The notes under the pieces were generated by a model that did not search any database, had not been told where the DNA came from, and worked only from the letters and a program-made list of their open reading frames with translations. From the NCBI GenBank assembly GCA_965203295.1, contig CBDBCZ010000007.1, positions 1 through 64,000 on the forward strand: 64,000 bases of DNA. The letters are read 5' to 3'. Position numbers and translations under genes: made by a program. This document shows positions 31,814-45,000 of this stretch, piece by piece. The stretch's first letter is position 1, and the number at the start of each line of letters is the position of its first letter. Source of the DNA: Nitrospirales bacterium. GTDB taxonomy: Bacteria; Nitrospirota; Nitrospiria; Nitrospirales; UBA8639.

Positions 31814-34773
31814 ACCACACCAATGGTAGCTTTGCTTCAGAGCCCAAATCTAGCACAATTGGTGAAAGTCTCAAAGCATCCAGTAGTATTAGTAACAGCC
31901 ACACTGATACAGAGTCACTAGATGACTTTGATCTACAGCAGAATATTACCAAGCCCAGACCCATCGTACTAGATAGCAGTGATGACACAGAAACAGTCAA
32001 CAGTTACAGTTTTGAAAGAAATCCTCCACTCAAATCAGAAACTGATACACCAGTTACTTTCACTCCCTTAAAGTGGGAAGCACTTCACAGTAACCTACAA
32101 GCTGTTCTTCCCCCTGATGACAAGTATACATATATCATTGAAGATTACCAGTCAAAACAGTGTGAGACATTTCCTGGCGCTCCAGGATTTGCATTTGACA
32201 GCCAAGTGCGCATAAACCTGAGGAACGAGGAAGAAGCGACAGAATGGCTACAAAATATGCAGCAACACAGTCTAACTACATACCGTGTAACACGTACAAG
32301 CAAACCAGGTCTTCGTCGAGTATTGTACAAAAGTGAGCGCCACTGCCAACACTTCAGAAAAAAGCTATCTGAAAAACAAACAGTAAAGTCAGCTCTAGCC
32401 CAGTCAAAGAAAGCTAGAAGACCATTAACAGCAATGGTTCGAGACAAAAAGACACAGTGTCCATCAAACCTCATTCTAACTGTGCAGGTACCTACAAAAA
32501 AGCAGAGACTAGCAGCAGAGTCAAAGCCACACTTGATAACACATAATGCTGTGTTAAAACTTCAATTCACACACAACCACCCAATCACTTCAGCACATGT
32601 GCTCAGTTTTCGAGATATTCTTGAAGAAACCAAACAGGCTTTCTTCACTCTGTTTGATAATGGCCACAGTCCATCTTCAGCACGCCATGCACACGAACAA
32701 GCCCTGTACCTGCAGGCTACTAGTGAGATGAATGCACAAAAAATTCTAGCTGATCGTGCTAACAACCCACTCTTACAGGACATCTGTCGTCTCTTTACAA
32801 AGTGGAGAGAGCTTAACTATGGCAAAGATGATGGTAAGGAACTATTCCAACAGCTCCAGGAGAAAGTGGATGAATATAACACCAAAAACAGAGAAACAGG
32901 GGGGAAGGCCATCCTACAATGGTATGAATCTCTAGCTGAAAGCGAGGAATCTGATGGTGAATCTGAAACAAAACCACCACCATTAAAAAAGAAGAAGAAA
33001 AGGCCATCGAATAAGCCACTAATATTAGCAGTCTGCACCCCTCTTATGGCTAGGGCACACAAAGAAGTGTGCCAGGCAGGTGAAATTGTCTTCTGTGACG
33101 CTTCCTCTTCAATGGATAGATTTAATACCTCCTTGTTCATGCTTTCTACAACACATGCCTGCTCAGGTATTCCTTTAGCAGTATTTATGGTCTCAGATGA
33201 AACTGAGGAAACAGTAAAACAGGCTATGGAGACAGTAAAGCAAGTTCTACCTTCTGATGCTTTTTATGGCAATGGGCCATGTATTGGACCAGCAGTCTTC
33301 ATGATTGATGACAGCATTGTTGAGCAGGCAGCACTCTCCCAGTCATGGCCATCAGCACGTTTACTCCTGTGTACTTTTCACTTCCTGCAAAGACGATGGA
33401 CATGGCTTCATGATGGTAAAAACAAAATACAGAATGAGGACCGGATCACTCTTATACAATTAATAAGAACTCTGGTATACTGTAAATCAGAAAAGGAATT
33501 GCAAGCACAATATGTTTCCCTTACTTCATCAGCAACATCCCAAAAGTACCCTCACTTCATTAAACACATGACATCACTATGGGAAAAGCGATCCTTCTGG
33601 GCACACTGCTTCCGAACAGCTCTTCTAATCAGAGGTAACCATACAAACAATTATGCAGAGGCCGGGATTAAAATTCTGAAGGAACTTGTATTTGGGCGAG
33701 TAAAGGCTTATAATTTGGTTCAAATGTTCTATTTTGTCGTAGAAACATTAGAATTATACTATAAGCGAAAGCTAGTGAGTGTTGCAAACAACAGGCTGGA
33801 ATCGTATATCGCTCTCCGATTTCAAGGGCTTAATGCCAAAAAAATCAGCAAAGAGGATATTACTAAAAGTGATCACCAGGGGTGGTACAAAGTGAGAAGT
33901 CAGACAGTGAGAGGAAAGTACTATGATATTAACACCCACATTGGCGTATGCACATGTCCTCAGGGATTAGATGGTTCCCCATGCTCCCATCAGGCAGCAG
34001 TTGTTGTTACATACGGTGATGAATCTTGCAATTATATTGCAACAATTTCAGCTTCAGCGAGGAGAAATATTGCAAAACTGGCTCTTGGTGAAGGAGCTAT
34101 ACAAGACCTAGCTTTTTATACATCAGTTCATCAAAAACAACTGCAAAAGCAATATGGAAGTGAGCCTAACGATGGACCAACACAGGAATCAACAACTGAG
34201 AATAGAGAGCCGAACTTTGAGGGAACTGAATGGGACCTTATTAGGGCAGGCTCTCTGGACGATGAAATGGAAAAGGAACAGATTGATAACTCTACATTTG
34301 AATATAGCAAAGAGGAAGAATACAGTGCACTTTGTGACAGAATTGATGCAGTGGCTGAGACACTTAAGAACAAACTCAAAAGTCACGACCCACAACTCAC
34401 TACTGGAGTTTCCAAATTTCTGGTACGGTTTGACAAGCTTTCAGGTCAGCATTCTTCTTCTAAATTGGCTACAGCCTTTCACCAGTTTGGATGATAGATG
34501 GGTACTACAACAACACTACAGGCTGGGCAGCTAAGGCATGGCAAACGAATTGCTGTTCAGGCCACTGCCGCTGGGCGGAGGAAAAAGGGACGACCACGGG
34601 GTAAGGGAAAGGTGGTTGCTGGACGTCCACCCAAAGGCTCCAGTCTCAGTGCAGAGTCTCCACAAAGCATTTCCAGATACTGTATGCCAACTCGTAATGA
34701 ACCCAAGGGTCGAAGGCTGCACTCATTAAAAGCAAATATACTACTTGGACAGCAAAATGCTGGAAAATGGTGA
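31699..34773 (+). pseudogene. MULE DDE transposase with SWIM zinc finger, probably disrupted (tandem TGA TAG at 34492-34497, no own ATG near the 5' end)
   Basis: Frame open 31699-34491. Motifs VFCDAS (D), FMIDD...LLCTFH (D, CxxH), HTNNYAE (E), CTC..GSPCSH (SWIM), KKKKKRP. The same frame resumes at 34498-34773 with a basic GRPRGK/GRPPK tail. Confidence 0.88.
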
Positions 34774-35012
34774 TAGTTGAACTCATTAATTTTTACATGC
34801 TAACTATTCCTTTGATAATCTTTATAACAACTGGTAAACGTTTGTAACTAACCTGAACCATGTTCCTCTGTGATGTAAACTGGCATGGCTGGTCATGTCT
34901 CCGCCCAAGGTCAAAGGTCGAAATTCAATTTGCGCATGCGCAGATATGTAAATCAGAATTGTGCTCCAGAGACTAAGTCGAAAGTACGTCCAAAAAAAAA
35001 ATTCGCCCGGGC

Positions 35013-35092
35013 TAGTCTCGTGCCCAGACCGTCGCTCGCTCCTAGATCCTCAGGCCTCCCTCGGAAAGCGTGGGTGTCTGGGCACGAGACTA
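35013..35092. mobile_element. Academ-type hairpin MITE whose left end is the MULE target site
   Basis: tagtctcgtgcccagac...gtctgggcacgagacta; gctacggccgggc appears at 29598-29610 and 35093-35105. Confidence 0.75.
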
Positions 35093-35256
35093 GCTACGGC
35101 CGGGCTAGGGGAATTCCGGAATGGACTGCATGCCGGAGTACGAGTACGCACATCATACCTATTTTCTATGATTATACTTTGCACTACGTTCGTATGGCTT
35201 CGCAAGACTACGTGACGCTCTATCATTTGCGCTAGACTAGCTCTCTCCAGTACGAA

Positions 35257-37828
35257 ATGTCAGCAGTAGCTGGGGAAGTATTGGGGCCCCGACCAGGGCT
35301 TGCAGTTGTAAGCTTCAATCAGGGCATCGTGGAGATTATACTGCGAGTTGTAGCCACTGTGGTGAGTTTTAATATAGGTTCGCCAGATCTGTGGTTAGTG
35401 GTTAAAAAGCTATAATAGTTAGTTAAATTACATTGTGTTCCTGTATCCTTTGAATGCAGGTTGGAGCTATTCCAGTCTTGGTTACCGGTGCCATTTCACT
35501 CACAAATGATATTCTGACATTTACTCTGCCACCTGGTATTAATGTTGATACGAATGATGTTCAGGACTTTGCATCTACGGCTGCTGGCTATTCAATTGGA
35601 ATTGCTGGGATGGCAATTTTGATCGAGTTGCTGATAATTCTTCTCCGTTTTTTGAACATTGGCATCATCAATCTCAAAATTAACATCTTTCTCTTCGCTG
35701 TAAGTTATCAGATACCTATAGGATCTACTTACTAGCACCTACTTATTTATCACCCTTGTGGCTAATAAGCATAGTCTGAATATTCCTGAGCTTTATACAA
35801 TAGTAGGTAGACCTATGCATCAGACCACACTTGTGGCGGGATACTGTAAGTGTTCCTTTGCCTTCATTGTGGGCTGGAAACAAGACAAGCTACGTATAGC
35901 TAGTGCCTGTAATATTCGAAACATAACCTTCAAGCATGCATATATGTATTCCACACTCTTATAGGAGTATTTATGAAGCCTTGAAATATTGCCAAGCAAT
36001 ACCTAACTGTGATGATTCACAGATGCAAGCTATTGCACACTTCTTCCTTTTTCCTCTCCCAGACATTTGTGAAAACTGATCAACCATGGTGATGGCACTA
36101 TGCCAAAGTATAGTGTTTAGTTTCCCATGTACACATACAGAAGCCACGTATGCATGAACGTGGTATTTACCTCATTAGGTCATTCCTTTGCCTATGGTTC
36201 CACAGCTTTTTATGCAGCAGCGTATAGCTGCAAAAAACTGATACAATGATAGGTGGCTTATGAGATTGTAGAGTAACAGGCAAGAACTGCAGGAAACTTA
36301 GACACAAAGAAAAAACAATTAAGTTTTTACCTGATTTTATGAGACTAGAGACTTGTGCAAATTACATGCACATGGTTAAGGAAAGAATAGCTTAATTAGT
36401 TCCAGTACAAGCTGCATAATATCTTTACTGGGTATAATTATGCCGGCCGTAATATAAAGTATTATTGCATATGAAATAAATGTCAATTCATCCATTGCAC
36501 AGGACATTGCGTTCAGTGTACTCTTCGCCATGGCATTTCTGGCAGCTGGTGTTGTAACAGCCATCTCTGCTAGTGATTGGGATAGTGCGATTGATCAAGC
36601 AAGAGCCGCTCCAATCGATCTTTCTTCTCTCATTTCACAAGCCGAAGACATTCGTAACTCCATGGCAGCTGGTGCAGTAAGTTCCCGATTCATAACACAA
36701 AGGGCTTCAGCTCTTTTTATACGTTAATATTATCATTCAAGGTGTGCCACCCTAGCATTGTTTTCAGGCTCTACTGCCCAGCTGGTTTTTTTAGCACATA
36801 GTAAAATAAGCGGTCGTTTTACTATGTGCAAAACTGAAAGCCGGGCAGTAGAGCCTGGGAACAAGACTACGCCACCCTTGCCAGACCTGGCTGTTAAGGT
36901 AGCGGGCAAGAAATCTCGCGATTAATAATAATCTTTTGCTACACTGCAAAAATAAAGTCGTTGGTTTTAACCCACATAAGGTTACCTCAGTTGCAGCCCC
37001 AGTACCAGAGAATGTGCAGTTACGTGCAGTGCAATAAGCTCGAAAGCCAAGCTAGATCAGCTTTCTTCGATGCATGGGATAGAAATGGGTTGGTACAAAA
37101 TATGTGTTGCTAAGTGTCCTAATGGGTCTTTCCTTCCTTCTGAAATTGGAGAAATGGGGTGGTAAAGTGTTTACATTGTTTGTACACTGCAACTGCTAGC
37201 TGGTTTAAAGCATGCAACCTTTTAGGTTTTGCAGTGCGTATTTCCTTAATTATAGGAGCCATAAAGGTTTTGTGTTGGGTAAATAATGTAATTGATCTGC
37301 CTGTACATGATGTATGCACATTTCTTGGTATGTATAGTGAACTTGCAACTGAGATACCTGGATTAAAGTGACCCTTTTGCTTTTGTAGTGTAGTGGGGGT
37401 GCTTTCTGCAAAGATTTAGCAGCACCCTATTTGGGTGATTTACTAAGCCTAGCCCACCAAATTGAGCATACCTCTACCAAACTTGAGAATACTCTTAAAA
37501 CATGCTTCAGGAGCTGCTCAAAATTTCATATTTTCTCATATATAGGAATAATATATGCTTGTTTTTTCTTCACTTTTGTACGATTTCCAGTACTTGATTT
37601 GGTTAGACGACTATATTATGGTTCTATTTAACTATTTGAGAATATTTCACATTTTTTAAAAGTCTACTGCAAACATTTAACTACAACATGTTCAAAATCA
37701 CACAGGCATTCGGCTTCGTTGCTCTCATACTGTTTGCTGTTCTCGCTGTGTGGATGATCATTTTTATGGTGAAGAAGTGGAATGAAAAGGTGGTGAAATA
37801 CACACTCAAGGAGGCTGCCACTGGATAG
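35257..37828 (+). CDS. Four-TM (MARVEL-like) membrane protein, paralog A, 4 exons, ~213 aa
   Basis: Exons 35257-35361, 35460-35699, 36503-36676, 37706-37828, all phase 0. One hydrophobic helix region per exon; ends WMIIFMVKKWNEK...*. Confidence 0.8.
36942..37236. mobile_element. EnSpm/CACTA-type MITE (CACTGCAAAA...TTTTGCAGTG); other copies 40008-40316, 42248-42548, diverged 47636-48026
   Basis: Shared internal cataaggttacctcagttgcagccccagtaccagagaatgtgcag; 2-bp flanks ta/ta (42248) and at/at (47636). Confidence 0.8.
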
Positions 37829-38106
37829 AATATTGATTTCATTGTTGATCAACAACTTGAGTCACTAGCAATAGAATTCATTCACTGTAACATGCAGTAG
37901 TAAACTAGTTGAATATAATATTATGCTGGACAGAGAATTATGAATGTAGTATGATATGGAGGATATTATGTTTCCACTTCGAGTTCACAAAAAATAAGCA
38001 GTTATGGTACTATGCCAATGCCAAGTAAGATGTTACGCATAGTGCCCTTTAATTCAATATTGCTGCATGCATATGCATAGAAAAATCTATGCACACTGCT
38101 GCCTCA

Positions 38107-38154
38107 CCCTAACCCTAACCCTAACCCTAACCCTAGCCCTAGCCCTAGCCCTAA
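38107..38154 (-). repeat. Short interstitial telomere-like (CCCTAA/CCCTAG)n tract
   Basis: ccctaa x4 followed by ccctag x3 and ccctaa. Confidence 0.85.
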
Positions 38155-39073
38155 TGCTAACATTTCTTGGCAAAGCCTGTGCAGTATTGTCAGGGTGTTG
38201 ACAGCTAGCTACGTAATGAACGTGTACTCATTGAATCGAAGCCAAGGTTGTCACAAAGCTAAATTGGTGTGGCTAACTGTTGCCTTACTGGCCTTGAGTG
38301 ATAAAAGAAATGTGGCTGGCTTAGAGCCAGCTAATTGGACTCCATTCTCTATATAGCTATTGAGAAGTTAGAAGCCTAGGGCTGAAACTGTGCATCAGAT
38401 AAATCAGGATGTAGTACTGTCATCAAGTTGTACACTGAAGAAGTTATCTAGGAAGCTTAGCTACAAGGATTACAATAAAACTGTTACATAATACACGTAG
38501 GATCTTTGAAATTCCTGCATACAAGTAATCATTCCCAACTCATAACCTTACATGCATGCAGGTATGCAGAATTAAATATGGCTGATTGCACAGAATATAG
38601 TGCTACGTACAATCGTATATAGCTCTGGCCATGGTGAGGCTGCATTTATGCTACATGCAGCAATTAAGTTTTGTGCAAACATGCCATGTTTGGAGAACCA
38701 TACCGGTGATTAAAAAAGGTATAAGCTTATGATCGATCAAAATGGAGGAGCATAGGTTTCCATTTATATAGGGAAAACATCTCATTAGTGCATGCACTGA
38801 ATAATACTTTTACCGAGCATGCAGGAAAATGCATTGCATACACAAGAGTATAATTTCATGACATTGTACTACAAGGATGTTATGGTATAAGGTGACAAAT
38901 TGAGCACGTATATAGTGGTACATAGGTTGCACAGTGAAGTCTTTGTACACATACATACTATGTCACAGTTATCGATGCTTGAGGATGCTAGTAATTAACT
39001 TGTCCTCATCTTTTGCAAAAGTTGACAAGTTCAACCTGTAGTTAGAGGTATTGGATGATAGTACAGTCAGATC

Positions 39074-42000
39074 TTATAACACAGAGTAGTATGCTGGATC
39101 ATTTCTATAGTAACCATGACAGAAACTGGCGTTATTATAACTGTAAAATAGAAGGGCTGTTTTAAATTCTGATCGGTTACTGCAATTGCAGGGTACAGGG
39201 TGGGTTTCTGATACGTTGTGGTAGGAATGTCAAAGTGTTTGGGCTTATACAGGAAGCTAGCATGTTGAATAAGTTCTTTACTTTATAAGACTTATCCATC
39301 CCATCAATTTTGGCAATAATGGTGAACTCACGATGTTCGTGGGAAGTCAGTGTAGCAGTCAAAGAGTATGAGACGCTTCTTCCTCATGTAGACAGTAGAG
39401 ACCAGCACAGAGAGCACAATGACAGGAACAAAGAATAGGGCACAATACCCGATGGACCACCAGAAGCCATTCTGATGGAATAATAGCATTGGTAATAATA
39501 TAATACTTACTCTACATGTAAACATACTGTTCTTTCTACTATGCATATATGTATTGATATTCTTATGTATAGTGTCATGGAAATAATTTTCTTATTGGCA
39601 GGTTAAAATTAGAAAATGCTTAGAATAATTTTTTATAGTTGCTGACATTATTGTGTGTTAACATAGAGTATATATGTACCGTGAAAGTGAAATTCCTGAT
39701 GATGGTATCTGCACGTTCCTACACAAATACCTTTCGGTGAATACTTATAATTTAGGTTTTCAGGGGTCCATAAAGTTAGTGGAATGATCCATTAATGTAT
39801 GATGAGAGAGACAAATTCTGTATTTGAGCACCAGTTAATTGTACTCCCCATTTCAGCAGTGCCAAACCAAAATACAACAGCAAAAAACAAAAAAAAAATC
39901 CAGTGTCAATTGTTTGCCTCAACTTCTTCATTTTCTCCTGCCACGGAGTAATAGTATGCATGGCATACACACATGAAGAACTAAGAGGCTAGTGTGGGAC
40001 TCATTCACACTGCAAAAATAAAGTGGTTTGTTTACACCCACATAAGGTTACCTCAGTTGCAGCCCAGTACCAGAGAATGTGCAGTTACGTGCAGTGCAAT
40101 AAGATCACTTTACTCAGGAAGCCAAGCTAATTTTTTTTTGTTTGGTGTGACTAGGAACAAGATACCGGTATGTGTTACTAATTGTCCTAATGGATCTTTC
40201 CTTTCCTCTGAAATTGGGGCGGTAAAGTGATCTACTTGTTTACGTACACATTGTTTTGTAGACTGCAACTGAGATAACCCCAGCTGGTTTGAAACCATCC
40301 TTTGATTTTTGCAGTGTATACATTAATTGACACTGTAAACATGTTATAAAAATTTAGCTACATACAAGCATTGTGTACATGTATGCCCTTTACCATTCCA
40401 TCCAGTTTGTCTCTGCACAGAGTATTGTAGAAATCTGTATAGGCCACCCAAAGAGGTCTACAGTCGCACACCTCCTCAGTTATCTAAGCCATGGGGAAAA
40501 ATTGGTTAAAAAAGAAAATCAAATTCTTTATCCAATGCTAACCTCAGAGATGGTATGTCTAAAGAATTGACGGGTATAGCTAATAATTCTCCTTGCAGAG
40601 CCTGCAGTGACCTAAAGGTGAGAAAAAACAGTCCACTCATGTAATTCAAGTGGATAAATACAAACCCTATGTAGGTGGAATATAGTGGGGACCACAAATG
40701 TGAGATATGGCATGCCACAAATGTTGACTATGTGACTCTACTCTCCAGCATGGCTTATGATTGAAAATCACATTACCGGGTTTAAGAGATGAAGAAGAGG
40801 CTCTTCAGTCAGCATTTGTGAAAGGAAAGCAATTTTATCCACTGCTATGCTTGTGTCAATCTTGTGTATGTGCGTGTGTGTGAGTGAGAAATGAAAGCAC
40901 AACAGGATAGAAACAATGCATGTCAATCATATGATTAGTGATGTCTTTTTTTTTCTCTAATGAACCATACAATACAATACAATACAACACAATACAAAAC
41001 AAAACAAAACAATACAATACATTGGTCTGAAAAGTGTATTGATGGAAACTTACGACTACATTATCGATGAAAGCAGTCAGTTCATCCACATCAGCTTCCA
41101 ACTGATCCTGAAAGGAAGTCACCTCACGATTACATATTACTGTTACTATAATGCGATTTTCTCTCTAAGCTCACAAGATTCCTTTGGATTGGGAGTATAT
41201 AGTTATCTTGGACGTCTATTAGTTCACTTATGATGTCTTGTAGCCTCCGTCCCAAGCGTCTGCCCTGGTTTTGTAACCAACAGAACAAATGACAACGTAA
41301 CACCAATATGGCATTGAATTTATCTTAGTTACTCACCTCATTCATGGTGAGAGTTTCATTGAGCATTACTAAGTTGTCAATAGTGCTAGAAATATCAAAT
41401 GCTAGCAGTGAAGCATTAATTGCTTCATGAAAAGCTGCATGGAGACAGAATAAATATACGCTACAATAACTCAAAGCCTTGGGCATATCCAATACACCAT
41501 AAATTATTGCATTAACACCAACTCGTATTGTTTGAAACTCTAGCTAACTGTGTGATTCAGCATTCCCTCTTTAAAATGATCCCTAAATAGTATCACAATA
41601 TTCTTCATAGTCAACAACACTGTAGAAACGTACCTGTTGTGTTAATACCATCGATATTTGCGTCCACAAAACTCATAAGCTCCTCCTGGGCAATGGTACT
41701 TAAGAAGTGATTGGGTTGATAGCTATGAATGAAAGCGGCAGTTACGTTGTCCACTTCACCATTGACAGCGTTAATAAACTATATGAATAAAAGAAATAAA
41801 TATAATGTAGTAGAGAAAATAATGGGTATCAAATTTGGTGGTTACACAGAATCCAGGAGATTTGTAAGTTTCGTGGCTGTGCATGCACATTCACAAATTG
41901 AGAGAGTAAAATTAACTTGTTCTGGTCAATGAAGTCATCTTCAATCTCCAAGTCTATTTTATGTTTGGGATGTTTTGTTTAGCATACAAGATAGTAGCCT

Positions 42001-45000
42001 TATTCTCAGCTCCCCCCAAGAACATAAGCGAAAATAAACGGATAGTATGATTGCACTGTATCCAGGCTACACTCTTACTTTGTTTCGGCATTGGAATCAA
42101 CCCACCTCTTGTGAGATCACAAACTCGACTTCTACATCAACAATATTACTCAAATTTAAGGCAGTGTAGAGTGTTTGATTAGCTTCACAGTTCCTGCAAA
42201 TAAATGGTTAGCAACAATCAAAGAAATAAATGAATGGGGTAATTATACACTGCAAAAATAAAGTGGTTTGTTTAAACCACATAAGGCTACCTCAGTTGCA
42301 GCCCCAGTACCAGAGAATGTGCAGCTACGTGCAGTGCAATAAGATCACTTTACCCAAGCTAAATCGTTTTCTTTGGTGAGGCTAGAAACAAGATATGTGT
42401 TACTAATTGTCCTAATGGATCTGCCCTTCTTCTGGAATTGGAGAAATAGGGTGGTAAAGTGATCTACTTGTTTACGTACACATTGTTTTGTAGACTGCAA
42501 CTGAGTTAACCCCAGCTAGTTTGAAACCATCCTTTAATTTTTGCAGTGTAAAGCTGAGGAATTACAGGTGTAGAACATTTCCTAGTTTTGAAGGCAAAAT
42601 TGCGTTATAACATAATGTGAGTACTGTGAATACGTATCGTACATAGCTTTTTGCATGCTCAAACCGAGCTAACAATAATCAGAAATCTTGCAATAAACAC
42701 CTGGTCTGTAGTACATTGCAGAATGTATAAAGGCATACCTCAGAGCTTCGGAGATCGCAAAGACCTCAGATGAGTCTCGAAAAACAAGTGTTCCCAGCAA
42801 AGAGCCTCCCCACAACTCATTGTTGTCCACTACCTACAAAGGCAATACATGTAGGCCACTGTGTCACTGGATACTTGGTGTTTATATGGGGGTGGCATCA
42901 AGTTGTGAAAAATCATGACCGTACTTCATTGCAGATTTTAAGCGGTTCTCACGTTACCACCCACAGACCGGACAGCCAAGAGGTACCTTTTGTTCCATAT
43001 TTCAAATAGCGGTGGGACATATTAGTTGGCAACTGCACTCCTCCAGGTAACAGGCTACTCCATAGTAGTCTGTGCTACTCAGTATTGTCCGGCAGTGCAA
43101 CTTCAAGCATGGGTAATTATGGCCTGCAACTTCAAGCATGGGTAATTATGACCTGCAACTTCAAGCATGGGTAATTATGACCAGCAACTTCAAGCATGGG
43201 TAATTATGACCAGCAACTTCAAGCATGGGTAATTATGACCAGCAACTTCAAGCATGGGTAATTATGACCTGCAACTTCAAGCATGGGTAATTATGACCTG
43301 CATCTTCAAGCATGGGTAATTATGACCAGCAACTTCAAGCATGGGTAATTATGACCAGCAACTTCAAGCATGGGTAATTATGACCTGCAACTTCAAGCAT
43401 GGGTAATTATGACCTGCATCTTCAAGCATGGGTAATTATGACCAGCAACTTCAAGCATGGGTAATTATGACCAGCAACTTCAAGCATGGGTAATTATGAC
43501 CAGCAACTTCAAGCATGGGTAATTATGACCAGACTTAAAAATGCAGTGCAGTGCAACTTATAGAGAGCATATATACCAAGTAGCGCAGATTACTCCATTA
43601 CTTTGGAGACTATACTGTAGCAGGGACAACTATGGAGTATCATGTTACCTGGCATAGAGCAATGCAAACTGATGAGATCCACGTACCGCACTAGAAGTGA
43701 GGGTCAAGAGGTATCTCTTGGCTGTCTGGTGAGTGGGTGGTGATGTGTCAACCTTCCCGCTGAAGGAATATACGTATTATAATAGAATATTACATACCTC
43801 AGTGAAGAACTCATAACTAGGGCCTTCCATAGCCTGACAACTCTTGAGAACACCGACTCCCATGAAGAATGACAGAGAGGCCAGAATCAGCAGCAGAAAA
43901 CCAAACAGAAACATACCTCCAACGGCACTGCAGGAAAATGCCACCATTCTTAATACATAGATATTCACTCACAATTACTGCTATGGTAATGGATCTAGCT
44001 GGAGGGTGAGATTGTTGCAACTATATTCATTCAGAGGAGGACGGCCGAGGTTGACCTTTGCTAATCGGCTAGGTCTCATTAAAGTGACGTGTAGCCGGAC
44101 AATCTGTATTACTTACTTGCCTCAATCTTGCATATGTGTGTGTGTGTGAGCGCATAGGTGAAACTACTATACTGTCATTATAATGTGATCACGCTGTTTT
44201 GTAAACAGGAAAGTGTACATTGTTACAACATGTACATGCAGACTCACATGAGTAAGATCACACCACCACAGTGTGATGTCATGGTGCGTTCATAAACTGA
44301 TTTCCTCCTGAGTCCGATCATCCCCAGCAGTACACCTGTCAGCACTAGGATCACACTCACCATAGCAACACCACATGCAGCAATGCCACACCAATATCTG
44401 GATTGAAAGAGAGAAACTCAAGAGTCAGTTGACACAGCCAGGCCTGTGATAGGATGTTATATAGCGCAACCCCTCTATTGTGGACACTTTGAGGACATGG
44501 TGAATATCCTGTATAGAGGGGTGTCCTTATTTCAGGGGTAAATTTATAACATATGTGGGACATAGCAAAGTGTCAACATGTCCTTATTCAGGGGTGTCCT
44601 TTACGAGATGTTCCACTGTAATACACATGCTAGTACAGGAGTTAGTATATGGCAGCTGGACCCTACAGGCTGTACGCAGTCTGCATATTCAGGTGTGTAG
44701 GTACTCTGCATCTTGAATTCTTACGACGTAGTAATGTATAGTATAAAGTTTAAAATAAACTATGTTTCCTGTTACATCACTATTGCATAATGGTTATGTT
44801 AGGCAGCTCGATGCCATTTCCTGCAAAATTGTATGTCATATAAACATATCTAGAGTGCGAAAGTTCTGCCAAAAGCCGTTCACTGTCACAAGTTTATGTG
44901 TGTGCACATTAAGCATTTGCATCCTAAATAACCTCTCCCTTATTAATTGTTGCAATAAAAGTCTACTCCATAAAGCAAAAACTAACCCACAGTTACATTT

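Larger units (their letters stand above)
29614..35006 (+). mobile_element. Mutator-like (MULE/Phantom-type) transposon, 5.4 kb, carrying an Ulp1 protease and a transposase
   Basis: ~100-bp TIRs (29614-29713 and 34907-35006, gcgaattttttttttggacgtactttcgacttagtctctggagcacaattctgattt...); exact 9-bp TSD ccgggctag (29605-29613 and 35007-35015). Confidence 0.92.

Noticed and set aside
34498..34773. Independent 91-aa basic protein
   Set aside because: Same frame as the transposase, directly after two stops; better explained as its severed C-terminus.
38107..38154. True telomere or chromosome fusion site
   Set aside because: Only 8 units, half of them variant, with no head-to-head arrangement; similar short tracts are scattered through the window.
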